In this document: piece by piece, positions 22,067-31,878 of the stretch
Position numbering within the stretch: position 1 is the stretch's first letter
Layout of the letters: every line of letters starts with the position of its first letter
Origin: an uncultured Desulfobacterales bacterium
GTDB taxonomy: Bacteria; Desulfobacterota; Desulfobaccia; Desulfobaccales; 0-14-0-80-60-11
Direction of reading: 5' to 3'
NCBI GenBank assembly: GCA_964480485.1
Contig: CAYZOP010000002.1
Coordinates: forward strand, 370,366 to 434,365
DNA: 64,000 bases
The notes under the pieces: model-generated
The model's database searches: none
What the model saw: the letters and a program-made list of their open reading frames with translations, nothing else
What the model was told of the DNA's origin: nothing
Position numbers and translations under genes: made by a program

Positions 22067-22912
22067 TTAACAGCCCAGGATCCCCGCCAGGTTCTGGCCC
22101 AAGATTTGCTTCCGCCAGTCCTCCGGCAGGTCGGCTTCCTCCAACTCCTTCAGGTAGCGGCTAACCGGAAGCAAAGGAAAATCGCTCCCGAACAGAATCT
22201 TCTCCGGCCCCACCATCTCCGCCGCGGCCCGGTAGATGGCCGGGTGGTAGAGGTAGGGGGAGGCGGCGGTGTCAAAGTAGACCCGGCGGAAGACCTCGGC
22301 CGTTTCCTTTTTACACAAGCCATAAAACGGGAGGCCACCGCCCCAGTGGGCCAGCATCCAGGTCACCCCCGGCGTGTTTTTCAGGCATTGATAGAGGGCG
22401 GCCAAAGGCACCGCGGCTTTACCGGGGTAAGCGTGGCCAATGCCCAAAGGGTCATTCACATGCAGCGACAGGGGGACCTGGTAGTGCTGGCAGAGTTCCG
22501 CCAGGGGTGTGAGGGTCATCTCCAGGCGGCTGCCGGGATCGTCGGCGTACCAGGCCAGCTCCCCCACCCCCTGGAAGCCCGCCGCCAGGCAGCGCTCCAC
22601 TTCCCGCACCGCCCCGGGCTCCAGAGGGTTGACGGTGCAGAACGGGATGAGCTTTTCCGGCCAGCGGCGCTTGGCCTCCAGCAGCACTTCATGCTGCCGC
22701 CGCCACCCGGCCTCCCGGCGCCAGGGAAAGCCCATGACCACGGCCCGGTCCACCCCGTTTTCGTCCAGCGCCGCCACCAACTCCTCCGGCTCCACCAGAC
22801 GGGCCCTGGGGTCGCCATAAAGCAGGCGGAAGGCCGGCTCGTCGGCAAAAAAGTCCTCCCGCCGGCGGCAGACCTCCGGCGGAAAGGCATGGGTGTGAGC
22901 GTCCAGGATCAT
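22067..22912 (-). CDS. Amidohydrolase-2 family metal-dependent hydrolase
   Basis: MILDAHTHAFPPE.. start and TIM-barrel hydrolase pattern. The ATG at 22912 is preferred over the ORF start at 22972. Confidence 0.7.
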   Translation of the reverse strand: MILDAHTHAFPPEVCRRREDFFADEPAFRLLYGDPRARLVEPEELVAALDENGVDRAVVMGFPWRREAGWRRQHEVLLEAKRRWPEKLIPFCTVNPLEPGAVREVERCLAAGFQGVGELAWYADDPGSRLEMTLTPLAELCQHYQVPLSLHVNDPLGIGHAYPGKAAVPLAALYQCLKNTPGVTWMLAHWGGGLPFYGLCKKETAEVFRRVYFDTAASPYLYHPAIYRAAAEMVGPEKILFGSDFPLLPVSRYLKELEEADLPEDWRKQILGQNLAGILGC

Positions 22913-22956
22913 GCCAGCGTCCCTTTTTCTTTTCCTGCCCCTAGTTTTCATATAAA

Positions 22957-23871
22957 ATGAACGGTATGTCAACCTTCTTGAAACTTCTCGCTTTTTCCTG
23001 TTGCCTGGTCCTGGTCGCCTGCGGTTCAGAGGCCTGGGCCGCCGGGCCCTTTCCCTACCGGCTGGCCGGGGGCGCCGCCGACGCCGGGGCGGTGACGGTG
23101 GTGGGGGAGTTTCAGAAGCACCGGCTGGCGCGCTACGAAAACATGTACGACATCGCCCGGAAATACGACCTGGGCTTTTGGGAGCTGGCCCGCTTCCACC
23201 GCAACCTGGACCACTTCTACCTGCCCTGGGACCAGGAAATCGTCATTCCCACCCGCTGGATCGTCCCCGAGCACCCCAATCCGCCGGGCTATCTCATCAA
23301 TGTGGCGGAGCTGCGGGGTTACCGCTTCTTCCCCCACCGGGGGGAGGTGCGCACCTACCCCATCGGCGTAGGGGTCCTGGACTACAAGACCCCCATCGGC
23401 CGCCGCTTCCGGGTGCAGAGCAAGGCCGAAAACCCCGGCTGGCGCATCCCCGCCAGCCTGCGGGGGAAATACGGCCGATCCTTCCTGCCCCACAGCGACG
23501 AAAATCCCATCGGCTCCCACTGGCTGGGGCTGGGGACCTACGGGCTCCACGGCACCCACGCGCCCATGGGGGTGGGGCGCCTGGTGAGCCACGGCTGCAT
23601 GCGCCACTACCCCGAGGACATCAAGGAGCTTTACGACCTCACCCCGGTGGGCACCAGCGTGGAGGTCATCTATGAGCCGGTGAAGTTCGGCCATCTTCAG
23701 GGCCGCATCTTCACGGAAATTCACGAGGATATTTATTTCAAGGTGCCGGACCTCTTTCTCCATGCCCTGAAGAAGGTGGAGGCCAAGGGGCTGGGATCCC
23801 GGATCAATTGGACCCGCTTTATCCAGGCGGTGGAGGAAAGAAGCGGCGCACCGGTGGACATCACCCGGTGA
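22957..23871 (+). CDS. L,D-transpeptidase (YkuD domain), secreted
   Basis: Signal peptide, and the catalytic motif HGTHAPMGVGRLVSHGCMRH. Confidence 0.88.
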   Translation: MNGMSTFLKLLAFSCCLVLVACGSEAWAAGPFPYRLAGGAADAGAVTVVGEFQKHRLARYENMYDIARKYDLGFWELARFHRNLDHFYLPWDQEIVIPTRWIVPEHPNPPGYLINVAELRGYRFFPHRGEVRTYPIGVGVLDYKTPIGRRFRVQSKAENPGWRIPASLRGKYGRSFLPHSDENPIGSHWLGLGTYGLHGTHAPMGVGRLVSHGCMRHYPEDIKELYDLTPVGTSVEVIYEPVKFGHLQGRIFTEIHEDIYFKVPDLFLHALKKVEAKGLGSRINWTRFIQAVEERSGAPVDITR

Positions 23872-24141
23872 GGACGGGGTTGGGAGGAGGGGGCCGACGG
23901 CCCCTGCCGCCCGTCCCAAGCGCCCTGGGCCATGCCCATGAGGATCGATGGCCCTGGCATTCGGAGCGCCTGGGCTATTGCTCCAGGAAACCTTTTACAA
24001 AAATGAAGCCATTGTTTTCCTCCCCCCTGAGGGGGAGGGTTAGGGTGGGGGTGATAAAACGAACCAGCTCCCCTAGTATGCAAACCAACATGAACCTTCT
24101 CCTTCCCGTAATCCCCTCCCGCCTGAGGAGGGGGGATACTC

Positions 24142-25569
24142 ATGGGGATCCTTTTCAAGGTATTTCAAGCACAATCCATTAACAGGATACTTCCCCCAGT
24201 TCCGGTGAAACTCCAGCTACCCCTCCTCCATCCCGCCGATCTTCTCATCCATAACGCCCTGGTCCTCACCCTGGAGCCCGGCGCCGCTCCCATCCCTCAT
24301 GGATACGTGGCGGTCTTGGGGGGGAAAATCCTCGCGGTGGAGGAACTCGCCCCCGGCCAGCCCCTGCCTCCGGCAAAGGAATACCTGGACGCCGCCGGTG
24401 CCCTGGTTATGCCGGGGCTGGTGAATACCCACTGCCACGCGCCCATGGTCTGGTTTAGAGGGCTGGCGGACGATCTGGCCTTAAACGAGTGGCTGACCCG
24501 GGTCATCTTCCCCGCCGAGGCCGGCTGGCTGACCCCCCAACGGGCGTATTGGGGGGCGCTTTTGGCCGCGGCGGAGCTCATCCTGGGCGGGGTCACCTGC
24601 GTGGCCGACGGTTACTTTTACGAGGCCGAGGTGCGCCGGGCCTTGGCCGAGGCGGGCTTGCGGGCCGTCACCGCCCAGGGGGTGGTGGACTTTCCGGCTC
24701 CCGGCGTGCCTGACTCCACCCACAACCTCAAGATCGCCGCCGACTTCATGGACTCCGGGGCCGACCTCTCACCCGGGCTCATCTCCTCCACCCTCTTTTG
24801 CCATTCGCCTTACACGTGCAGCCCCAAGACCCTGGAGAACACCAAAGGGCTGACCCGGGATCGAGGGCTCCCTTTTTTCATCCATTTGGCCGAGACCCGG
24901 GAGGAGGTGGCGGCGGTGCAGGAGAAAACCGGCCTCAATCCGGTGCGTTACCTGGACCGCCTGGGACTCCTGGATGAGGGCACCGTGGCGGTGCACGCCG
25001 TCTGGCTGGAGCCTGAGGACATCCATCTCTTGGCGGACCGGGGCGTCCGGGTGAGCCACTGCCCCCACAGCAACTGCAAGCTGGCCAGCGGCATGGCCCC
25101 GGTGCCGGAGCTTCTGGCCGCGGGCGTCACCGTGGGGCTGGGCACCGACGGGGCCGCCTCCAACAACCGGCTGGACCTCTGGGCGGAAATGGCGCTGGCG
25201 GCCCGACTGCCCAAGGTGCGGCGGGGGGATCCCACCCTGTTGCCCGCAGCCCAGACGGTGGCCCTGGCCACCCGGGAGGGGGCGCAGGTCCTGGGGCTGG
25301 GCCGGATCACCGGCACCCTGGCGCCAGGGAAAGCCGCCGACCTTATCATCCTGAAGATGCATCAACCCCACCTCACCCCGCTCTACGATCCTTACTCACA
25401 TCTGGTCTATGCCGCCGGGGCCGCCGACGTCGCGCACGTCCTGGTGGCCGGCCGCTGGCTCCTCAAAGACCGGCAGTTGCTCACCCTGGACTGGCCCTCC
25501 CTGGCTGCTGTGGCCCAAGCCCAGGCCGGCAGCCTCACCGCCTTTTTTCGGGGGCTTGCCTCCCGCTGA
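24142..25569 (+). CDS. mtaD: Amidohydrolase of the MTA/SAH deaminase (MtaD) type
   Basis: GLVNTHCHAPMVWFRGLADDLALNEWL, HLAETREE, GTDGAASNN. GAGGAGGGGGG lies upstream of ATG 24142. Confidence 0.8.
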   Translation: MGILFKVFQAQSINRILPPVPVKLQLPLLHPADLLIHNALVLTLEPGAAPIPHGYVAVLGGKILAVEELAPGQPLPPAKEYLDAAGALVMPGLVNTHCHAPMVWFRGLADDLALNEWLTRVIFPAEAGWLTPQRAYWGALLAAAELILGGVTCVADGYFYEAEVRRALAEAGLRAVTAQGVVDFPAPGVPDSTHNLKIAADFMDSGADLSPGLISSTLFCHSPYTCSPKTLENTKGLTRDRGLPFFIHLAETREEVAAVQEKTGLNPVRYLDRLGLLDEGTVAVHAVWLEPEDIHLLADRGVRVSHCPHSNCKLASGMAPVPELLAAGVTVGLGTDGAASNNRLDLWAEMALAARLPKVRRGDPTLLPAAQTVALATREGAQVLGLGRITGTLAPGKAADLIILKMHQPHLTPLYDPYSHLVYAAGAADVAHVLVAGRWLLKDRQLLTLDWPSLAAVAQAQAGSLTAFFRGLASR

Positions 25570-25633
25570 GCGGCACCTTATGGTAAGAGAGGGAAGATAG
25601 TCAGCAGTTGGGAGAACATTTTGCAAGCACGAG

Positions 25634-27178
25634 ATGAGTAAAACGGTTCACCATATCGCTTCGGTACGGGAGCACCTGCAAGCCCTGATGAATTCCACGG
25701 AGGTCACCAGGCTCATCCAGGACGTGACCTCCTGTCTGGTGGAGTGGCATGATACTCCCCATGCGGCGGTTCCCGGACAGGCCAAAGGGCTGGAACTCTT
25801 TCCTTGTTTCAAGCTCTATTTTCGCCGTCACCTGGTGGAACTCAAGGCCACCATCTTCCCCAATCTGGTCTCCCGGGATTGGGAAGGCCTGTCGCACCTC
25901 ATCCGGCTGCAATCCCAGCATTTGAACCTGGATTTCCGGCTCTACACGCCCCATACCACCTTTCTCCTCTCCCCCTTTCACATCCGGTTCCTGAGTATCC
26001 TGTTCGGCCGCCTGGTGCTCCAGCACCTGTCCCTCACCCCGGAGGCCCGGGAGGGCTTGCTGACCTATACCCCCTATTCCCTGGAGGAGATGGTGGTGGC
26101 AGGCTACCTCCAGAGCCTGGAAGCGGTGCCCTGCGCCACCATCAAATTGGACACCCAGGACAATCCCTATATCGGCTCCATGCTCCACACCGGCGCCGAC
26201 CTCAGGCGCTGCGAACTGCCGGGGGGCCTCGAGGAAGAGGCCGTCGTCCACGCCTGGCGCCTCTTCAAGCGCCTGCTCTACTACTCCGTGGAAGGTGAAC
26301 GCCTCTATACCGGCTTTGCCTTTCTGCCCACCTTTCAGCCGGTGGACTATTATCGGAAACGCTGGCCTTCGTTGCTGCTCTTTGACGAACGCCACCAGGT
26401 CTCCCTCCAGGACGGGCTGCAGGCCATCAAACAATTCCTGCTGAACGCCAATGGCCGCACCACCTTCCTGGCCCTCCACGGCCGCCGCATCGTCGGCTTG
26501 CTGCACCTGGGGCAGGGCGTTTACCGGCAGCTCGCCTCCATTCGGGCCTGGCGCTCGGCCTTCCCCCTGGCCACCATCTCCTCCCGCGGGCGCATCAATG
26601 TCTGGGTCCCCCTCAAAGGGCGGCAAAGCAGCCAGATTCCCCTGGTGGTCCTGGAGTATCGTCACGGCCACTTGCACATTCCCTTGTTTCAGGACATCTT
26701 CTGGCAGCGCCTGGAACGGCACCTGGCGGAAGTCTGCCCGGAGGGAGCTAGGACGCGGCCCTTGCCGGTGCTGAAAAAGCTCCTGGAAATGATCCGGCGC
26801 AGCGGCCATGGCGCCATCCTCCTTATGGGGCTGACCGACGAACAGCTCGCCGCCCCGGACCTCCCCATGGAAAACCAGGTCCGCCTCACGCCGCCCACCC
26901 CGCTGACCTTCGCCTGGCTCCCCCACTTCCAGGGTCTGGCCAAATCCGACGGCGCCCTGGTCTTCAACCACCGCCTGGAAGCGGTGCAGTTCCGCACCCG
27001 CCTCAAGGCCGTGGCCCCTCCCCTGCCGCTGGAGCGGGACGATCTGGGGAGCGGCATGCGCCACCAGGTGACCCGGGAATTCACCGCCTGTTATGGCAAT
27101 GTCCTGGGTCTGGCCATCTCCCAGGACGGCTTCATCTCCCTCTACCGCCAAGGGAAACTGCTGAGCCGCCTGTATTGA
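25634..27178 (+). CDS. Hypothetical 514-aa protein with a C-terminal DisA_N/diadenylate-cyclase-like domain
   Basis: The C-terminal 130 aa carry GHGAILLMG, SDGALVFN (DGA at 26948-26956), GSGMRHQVT (RHQ at 27059-27067) and LAISQDGFISLYRQGKL, in the order of DAC-domain motifs. The mirrored minus-strand ORF (25601-27151) has typical antisense composition. Confidence 0.7.
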   Translation: MSKTVHHIASVREHLQALMNSTEVTRLIQDVTSCLVEWHDTPHAAVPGQAKGLELFPCFKLYFRRHLVELKATIFPNLVSRDWEGLSHLIRLQSQHLNLDFRLYTPHTTFLLSPFHIRFLSILFGRLVLQHLSLTPEAREGLLTYTPYSLEEMVVAGYLQSLEAVPCATIKLDTQDNPYIGSMLHTGADLRRCELPGGLEEEAVVHAWRLFKRLLYYSVEGERLYTGFAFLPTFQPVDYYRKRWPSLLLFDERHQVSLQDGLQAIKQFLLNANGRTTFLALHGRRIVGLLHLGQGVYRQLASIRAWRSAFPLATISSRGRINVWVPLKGRQSSQIPLVVLEYRHGHLHIPLFQDIFWQRLERHLAEVCPEGARTRPLPVLKKLLEMIRRSGHGAILLMGLTDEQLAAPDLPMENQVRLTPPTPLTFAWLPHFQGLAKSDGALVFNHRLEAVQFRTRLKAVAPPLPLERDDLGSGMRHQVTREFTACYGNVLGLAISQDGFISLYRQGKLLSRLY

Positions 27179-27199
27179 GGGGGGAAGGGGCTCCGCCTC

Positions 27200-28591
27200 T
27201 CAGGTCTCGGTGGGAACTCCCACTTCCTTATCCCATGCCGCCAGCTCGGCAAGGGCCCGCCGGGCATAGGCCTGGCCCCGGTCTTTCCTGGGTACCCGGC
27301 GCTCCAAGGGGGGGAAGAGCCCGAAGTTGACGTTCATGGGCTGAAAGTCTTTGACCGCGGTATTGGTGAGGTGGCTGACAAGGGCTCCCAGGGCCGTGGC
27401 CCGGGGGGGCGTGGCCAGGGGCAGACCCAGGGCCAGGCGGGCGGCGTTGATCCCGGCCAGCAAACCCATGGCGGCGGACTCCACGTAACCTTCCACCCCG
27501 GTGAGCTGGCCGGCCAGGAAAAGGTGTGGGTATTCCCGGAAGTTCAGATGAGGGGTCAAGACATCGGGGGCCCGCACAAAGGTATTGCGGTGAATGGACC
27601 CCAGGCGCACGAACTCGGCGTGCTCCAGGCCGGGGATGAGGCGGAAGACCCGCTGCTGGGCCCCATAGGTGAGCTTGGTCTGGAAGCCCACCAGATTGAA
27701 CAGGCTGCCCTCCCGGTTTTCAGACCGCAACTGCACCACCGCAAAGGGCTGGCGGCCGGTCTTGGGGTCGGTGAGGCCCACCGGCTTGAGGGGCCCGTGC
27801 ACCAGGGTCAGGTAGCCCCGGCCCGCCATGATTTCAATGGGGAGACAGCCCTCGAAATAGCGGGGCTCCTCGAAGGCCTTGAGGGGCACCTGCTCCGCCG
27901 CCATGAGGGCCTGGTAGAAGGCCGCATACTCCGCTTCGCTCAGGGGACAGTTGAGATAATCCTCGCCGGCGCCCCAGCGCGAGGCCCGGAAGATTTTCGT
28001 CAGGTCCAGGGAGTCGGCGGTGACGATGGGGGCGATGGCGTCATAGAAGTGCAGATGCCCGCTCCCGGTAAGGCGGGCCAGGGCCGCGGCCAAGGGCTCC
28101 GAAGCCAGCGGCCCGCCGGCCACCACGGTGAGGCGCTCCGGGTCCAGGTCCGTCACCTCCTCCCGGATGACGGCCACCAGGGGCTGGGCCTCCAGGGTCT
28201 GGGTCAGGAAGGCGGCGAAGGCCTCCCGGTCCACCGCCAGGGCCTTGCCGGCGGGCACCCGGGTGGCGGCCGCGGCCCGCATGATGAGGGATCCGAGGCG
28301 CCGCATCTCCTCCTTTAGGAGCCCCACCGCGCTGACCACCTCATCGGAGCGCAGGGAGTTGCTGCAGACCAATTCGCCCAGGTTGGGTGACTGGTGGGCC
28401 GGGGAAAACCTGACGGGCTTCATCTCATAGAGCCGCACCGGCACCCCCCGCCGGGCCGCCTGCCAAGCCGCCTCCACCCCTGCCAACCCCCCGCCGATGA
28501 TGGTGAGGGGCAAAGGGGCGTGGGCATGGAGGCCAGGGGTCTGGGCCCCCCGACCTCCTCCCCCCCAACTCATCCTGCCTTGCTCACTCAT
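27200..28591 (-). CDS. trmFO: Folate-dependent tRNA (uracil-5-)-methyltransferase TrmFO
   Basis: [32 protein letters not shown]. The start overlaps the topA stop region. Confidence 0.93.
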   Translation of the reverse strand: MSEQGRMSWGGGGRGAQTPGLHAHAPLPLTIIGGGLAGVEAAWQAARRGVPVRLYEMKPVRFSPAHQSPNLGELVCSNSLRSDEVVSAVGLLKEEMRRLGSLIMRAAAATRVPAGKALAVDREAFAAFLTQTLEAQPLVAVIREEVTDLDPERLTVVAGGPLASEPLAAALARLTGSGHLHFYDAIAPIVTADSLDLTKIFRASRWGAGEDYLNCPLSEAEYAAFYQALMAAEQVPLKAFEEPRYFEGCLPIEIMAGRGYLTLVHGPLKPVGLTDPKTGRQPFAVVQLRSENREGSLFNLVGFQTKLTYGAQQRVFRLIPGLEHAEFVRLGSIHRNTFVRAPDVLTPHLNFREYPHLFLAGQLTGVEGYVESAAMGLLAGINAARLALGLPLATPPRATALGALVSHLTNTAVKDFQPMNVNFGLFPPLERRVPRKDRGQAYARRALAELAAWDKEVGVPTET

Positions 28592-30710
28592 TCACCGCCT
28601 CGGCGGGAACGGCTTCCGCGTAGCCGCAGGCCTCCCGGGGGCAGACGAGCTTTTTGCCTTTCCTGATCAGCCAAGGGAAGTCGCATTCCGGGCAGGGCTG
28701 GAGCACGGGCGGCTTGTTGAGGAGGTACCGACAGTCGGGGTAGCGGTTGCAGCCGTGGAAGAAGCCCCGGCGGGAGCGGCGTTTCACCAGGCTTCCCGAG
28801 CAGTTCGGCTGCGGGCAGGGGAACCCCTCGCCTTCTTGATCCTTTTCCTGGATCAGCAGCTGACCTTTGGGGTCCCGGGTGAAGTTGGCGGTGAACTTGC
28901 ACTTGGGATAAGCGGAACACCCCAGAAATTCTCCGTTCCGGCCCCAGCGCACCACCAGCGCCCCCTGGCACTGGGGGCATGTGAGGTCCGTGGGGACGCT
29001 CTTTTTCGGGGGCATTTTCTCCTTGGCTTCTCCCAACTGTCGGCTGAAAGGGGCATAAAAATCCTGGAGGAGTTTCTGCCAGGAGATGGCGCCCTCGGCG
29101 ATCTTATCCAGGTCAGTTTCCATGCGGGCCGTGAACTTGGGGTCCATGATGTCCGGGAAACTCCCCACCAGGAGGTCGCTCACCACCATGCCCAGGTGCG
29201 TCGGCCGCAGCCCGAGCTTCTCTTTCACCACGTAATTGCGGTCCTGGAGGTTGCTGAGAATGGTGGCGTAGGTGGAAGGCCGGCCGATGCCCTGCACCTC
29301 CAGCTCCCGGATGAGGCTGGCTTCGGAAAACCGGGCCGGCGGTTTGGTGAAATGCCGCTGGGGGTTGAAATCTTGCACTTCCAGGACATCCCCCGGAGTC
29401 AAGGGCGGCAGCTTGGCCTCCGGTTCCTTGTCGGCACTTTCCGTGGTCTCCTGATACAGCGCCGAAAACCCGGGAAAATCCAGCACCGAGGCCGTGGCCC
29501 GGAAGAGAAAGGCCGCGGCCATGATGTCCACGGTGGTGACCTGGTAGATCGCCGGCGCCATCTGGCTGGCTACGAAGCGCCGCCAGATGAGTTCATATAC
29601 CGCCAGTTCGTCCCTGCTCAGAAAGGCTTTCAGCGCTTCAGGGCGGCGGCTCACGCTGGTGGGCCGGATGGCCTCGTGGGCTTCCTGAGCCCCCTTGGGG
29701 CTCTTGTAGCGGTTGGGGGTTTTGGGCAGGTAGGCTGCCCCGAAGGTCTGGCCGATGAATTGCCGCACCGCCTCCAGGGCTTCGTTGGCTACCCGGGTGG
29801 AGTCGGTGCGCATGTAGGTGATGAGCCCCACCGGCCCCTCATCTCCCAGTTCCACCCCCTCATACAGCCGCTGGGCCAGGAGCATGGTCTTTTTGGGCGG
29901 GAAGCGCAGCTTCCGGTTGGCTTCCATCTGCAGGCTGCTGGTGATGAAGGGGGGCGCCGGGTTGCGGCGCTGGGGCTTTTTCTCCACCTTGGCCACCTGG
30001 AACGCGACTCCCTCCAAAGCCTCCAGAATGTCGTCCACCTGGGCGGCAGTGGTGATCTTGGCCTCTTTGCCGTGCCGCTGCACCAGCCGGGCCTCAAAGG
30101 CCGGCGGCTGGGCGGCCCTAAGGCAGGCCCCCAACGACCAGTATTCCTCGGGCACGAACGCGGCGATAGCCCGCTCCCGGTCCACCACCAGCCGCAGGGC
30201 TACTGACTGCACCCGCCCGGCGGACAGGCCGGTTTTCACCTTCCTCCACAGAAGCGGACTGATCTGGTAGCCCACCAGCCGGTCCAGAATGCGCCGGGCC
30301 TGCTGGGATTCAAAACGCGGCCGGTTGAGGGGCACCGGGTTGGCCAAGGCCTCCTTGATGCCCTTCTGGGTGAGCTCCATGAGCAGCACCCGGTGGAACC
30401 GGGAGTCGTCTCCCCCCAAGGCTTCGGCGATGTGCCAGGCGATGGCCTCCCCCTCCCGGTCCGGGTCCGGTCCCAAATAGATGTCCCGGATGCCGGCGGC
30501 GGCTTTTTTCAGTTCCTGGATCACCTTGGCCTTTCCCAGGATGGTGACGTATTTGGGCTTAAAGTTGTGCTCCAGGTCCACGCCCAGCTCGTTTTGCGGC
30601 AGGTCCCGGATGTGTCCCTTGCTGGAGCGCACCACAAACCCGCCCCCCAGGTATTTCTGCAGGGTTTTTGCCTTGGTGGGAGATTCCACGATGAGTAAAG
30701 ACTTGTCCAT
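28584..30710 (-). CDS. topA: DNA topoisomerase I
   Basis: [28 protein letters not shown] start, active-site region, and C-terminal Cys4 zinc ribbons (CPQCQG.., CPQPNCSG.., CPECDF..). The ATG at 30710 is preferred over 30776. Confidence 0.97.
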   Translation of the reverse strand: MDKSLLIVESPTKAKTLQKYLGGGFVVRSSKGHIRDLPQNELGVDLEHNFKPKYVTILGKAKVIQELKKAAAGIRDIYLGPDPDREGEAIAWHIAEALGGDDSRFHRVLLMELTQKGIKEALANPVPLNRPRFESQQARRILDRLVGYQISPLLWRKVKTGLSAGRVQSVALRLVVDRERAIAAFVPEEYWSLGACLRAAQPPAFEARLVQRHGKEAKITTAAQVDDILEALEGVAFQVAKVEKKPQRRNPAPPFITSSLQMEANRKLRFPPKKTMLLAQRLYEGVELGDEGPVGLITYMRTDSTRVANEALEAVRQFIGQTFGAAYLPKTPNRYKSPKGAQEAHEAIRPTSVSRRPEALKAFLSRDELAVYELIWRRFVASQMAPAIYQVTTVDIMAAAFLFRATASVLDFPGFSALYQETTESADKEPEAKLPPLTPGDVLEVQDFNPQRHFTKPPARFSEASLIRELEVQGIGRPSTYATILSNLQDRNYVVKEKLGLRPTHLGMVVSDLLVGSFPDIMDPKFTARMETDLDKIAEGAISWQKLLQDFYAPFSRQLGEAKEKMPPKKSVPTDLTCPQCQGALVVRWGRNGEFLGCSAYPKCKFTANFTRDPKGQLLIQEKDQEGEGFPCPQPNCSGSLVKRRSRRGFFHGCNRYPDCRYLLNKPPVLQPCPECDFPWLIRKGKKLVCPREACGYAEAVPAEAVNE

Positions 30711-31038
30711 AACCGGTCGGCTCAATCCTCTTTCCAGACAATGTCGGCCCCGAGGCAGACAAGTTGTAAGATTCACTCAGATGTGAGGAGATTGCAAGGG
30801 ATATTTGCCAAAGGGGCACGGAGAGCGGCCCTGCTCCTTCCTGAACTGCCACCGCCGAGCAGGAGTACTGGACACTATTCTCTTGCCACTGCCATCCCGC
30901 GCCTTTCCCCCCCTTTTCCCGGGGAAGAGTGAGAATGGGCTCCCCCAAGATGCTTCCGGGCGGTGGGAGGGGAATTTCCGGCAGAGGCGGGAAGGACCGG
31001 ACCCCTCATTGTAGGTTCAACCGGCTGTCGCCCCGGCC

Positions 31039-31749
31039 TCAATCATCTTCAGGGCCTTCGGCCAGCACGCCGCCGTCCAAGAGCAGGCGGATTTCCGCTT
31101 CCCTCAGCCGCTGGGCGGCCCGCGCCAAGGCCGTGATCTCTTCTTCATTGAGGCTGCGGACTCCGTCGGCGCCGATCTGCCAAACGTCGATGGGCGGCCC
31201 CAGACCATAGGCGTCCACCGCGATGGCCTCCTCCATGACCTTGTAGGCCAGTACCGCAGCCCTGGGCAGGGTGAGGTCACGGCCCTGGTACTTGCGCAGC
31301 AGGGCATAGGCGAAAAGATCCCCCGACCCCAGGGCGAAGGGCGCCTCCTGGACCCACTCCGGCACCCCGTCCACGGTGATGTGCAGGATGCGGGGGCAGT
31401 TGTCGAATTCCGCAAAGACGAAGTCCGCCGGGTGGAGCTTGAGGAGCGTGTCCGGGTCCTGGGCGAAAAAGCTGGCCCGAAAGTCCAGGTTGATGAGCTC
31501 GGTGCTGCACTGCTTCACCACCTGGCCGATGTCGTCCCGCAGGGCCGCCAGCGACCGGCCGGCGGGCAGCGCCCCCATGCGCTCGGCCACCCGTTGGATG
31601 AGGGCCAGTTCGCCGGCCGCGGCCCAGGCCAGGCGGCCATCCACTTGATAGATCTTCTTCCCCGGGGCCCGCACCAGCCCGGTGGTTACCTGGCCGTCCG
31701 AGGCCAGGACCACCCCGTCTGCCGCTGGTATGGCCAGAATCAGGGTCAT
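31039..31749 (-). CDS. HslV/proteasome-beta-type Ntn hydrolase, orphan
   Basis: M-TLILAIPAADGVVLASDGQVT aligns with the HslV N-terminus (Thr1, Asp17-Gly-Gln). Lys pair in GKKIYQV and the GSG motif FALGSGDLFAYALL. 236 aa with an acidic tail. The track start is GTG 31755; ATG 31749 gives Met-Thr. Confidence 0.75.
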   Translation of the reverse strand: MTLILAIPAADGVVLASDGQVTTGLVRAPGKKIYQVDGRLAWAAAGELALIQRVAERMGALPAGRSLAALRDDIGQVVKQCSTELINLDFRASFFAQDPDTLLKLHPADFVFAEFDNCPRILHITVDGVPEWVQEAPFALGSGDLFAYALLRKYQGRDLTLPRAAVLAYKVMEEAIAVDAYGLGPPIDVWQIGADGVRSLNEEEITALARAAQRLREAEIRLLLDGGVLAEGPEDD

Positions 31750-31819
31750 GGGCACCGCGCTTGCGGATGACCGGCAAAGAAGCCCGGGTCACCCTTATGG
31801 CTGATACATTCTCTTGCTG

Positions 31820-31850
31820 ATAATATCACTACGAAGCAGCTCGTTGGCAA
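31820..31850 (-). promoter_or_regulatory. Candidate extended -10 promoter for the proteasome-like gene
   Basis: Minus strand: TTGCCA (31850-31845), 19-nt spacer, TGaTATTAT (31828-31820). It sits in an AT-rich island just downstream of the dprA stop (31879). Confidence 0.45.
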
Positions 31851-31878
31851 CACTAGCCGTGTCTGGCCGCCGGGCCCC

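Noticed and set aside
25601-27151. 516-aa minus-strand ORF almost exactly mirroring the 514-aa plus-strand ORF.
   Set aside because: The plus-strand product has a balanced composition (K, I, F, Y, N present) and ordered DAC-like motifs. The minus-strand product has the G/Q/E/P antisense signature and no motifs.
30792-30812. Sigma54-like TGGCA...TTGCA element upstream of topA (minus strand).
   Set aside because: GG-to-GC spacing is 14 nt instead of the required 12, so it does not fit the -24/-12 geometry.
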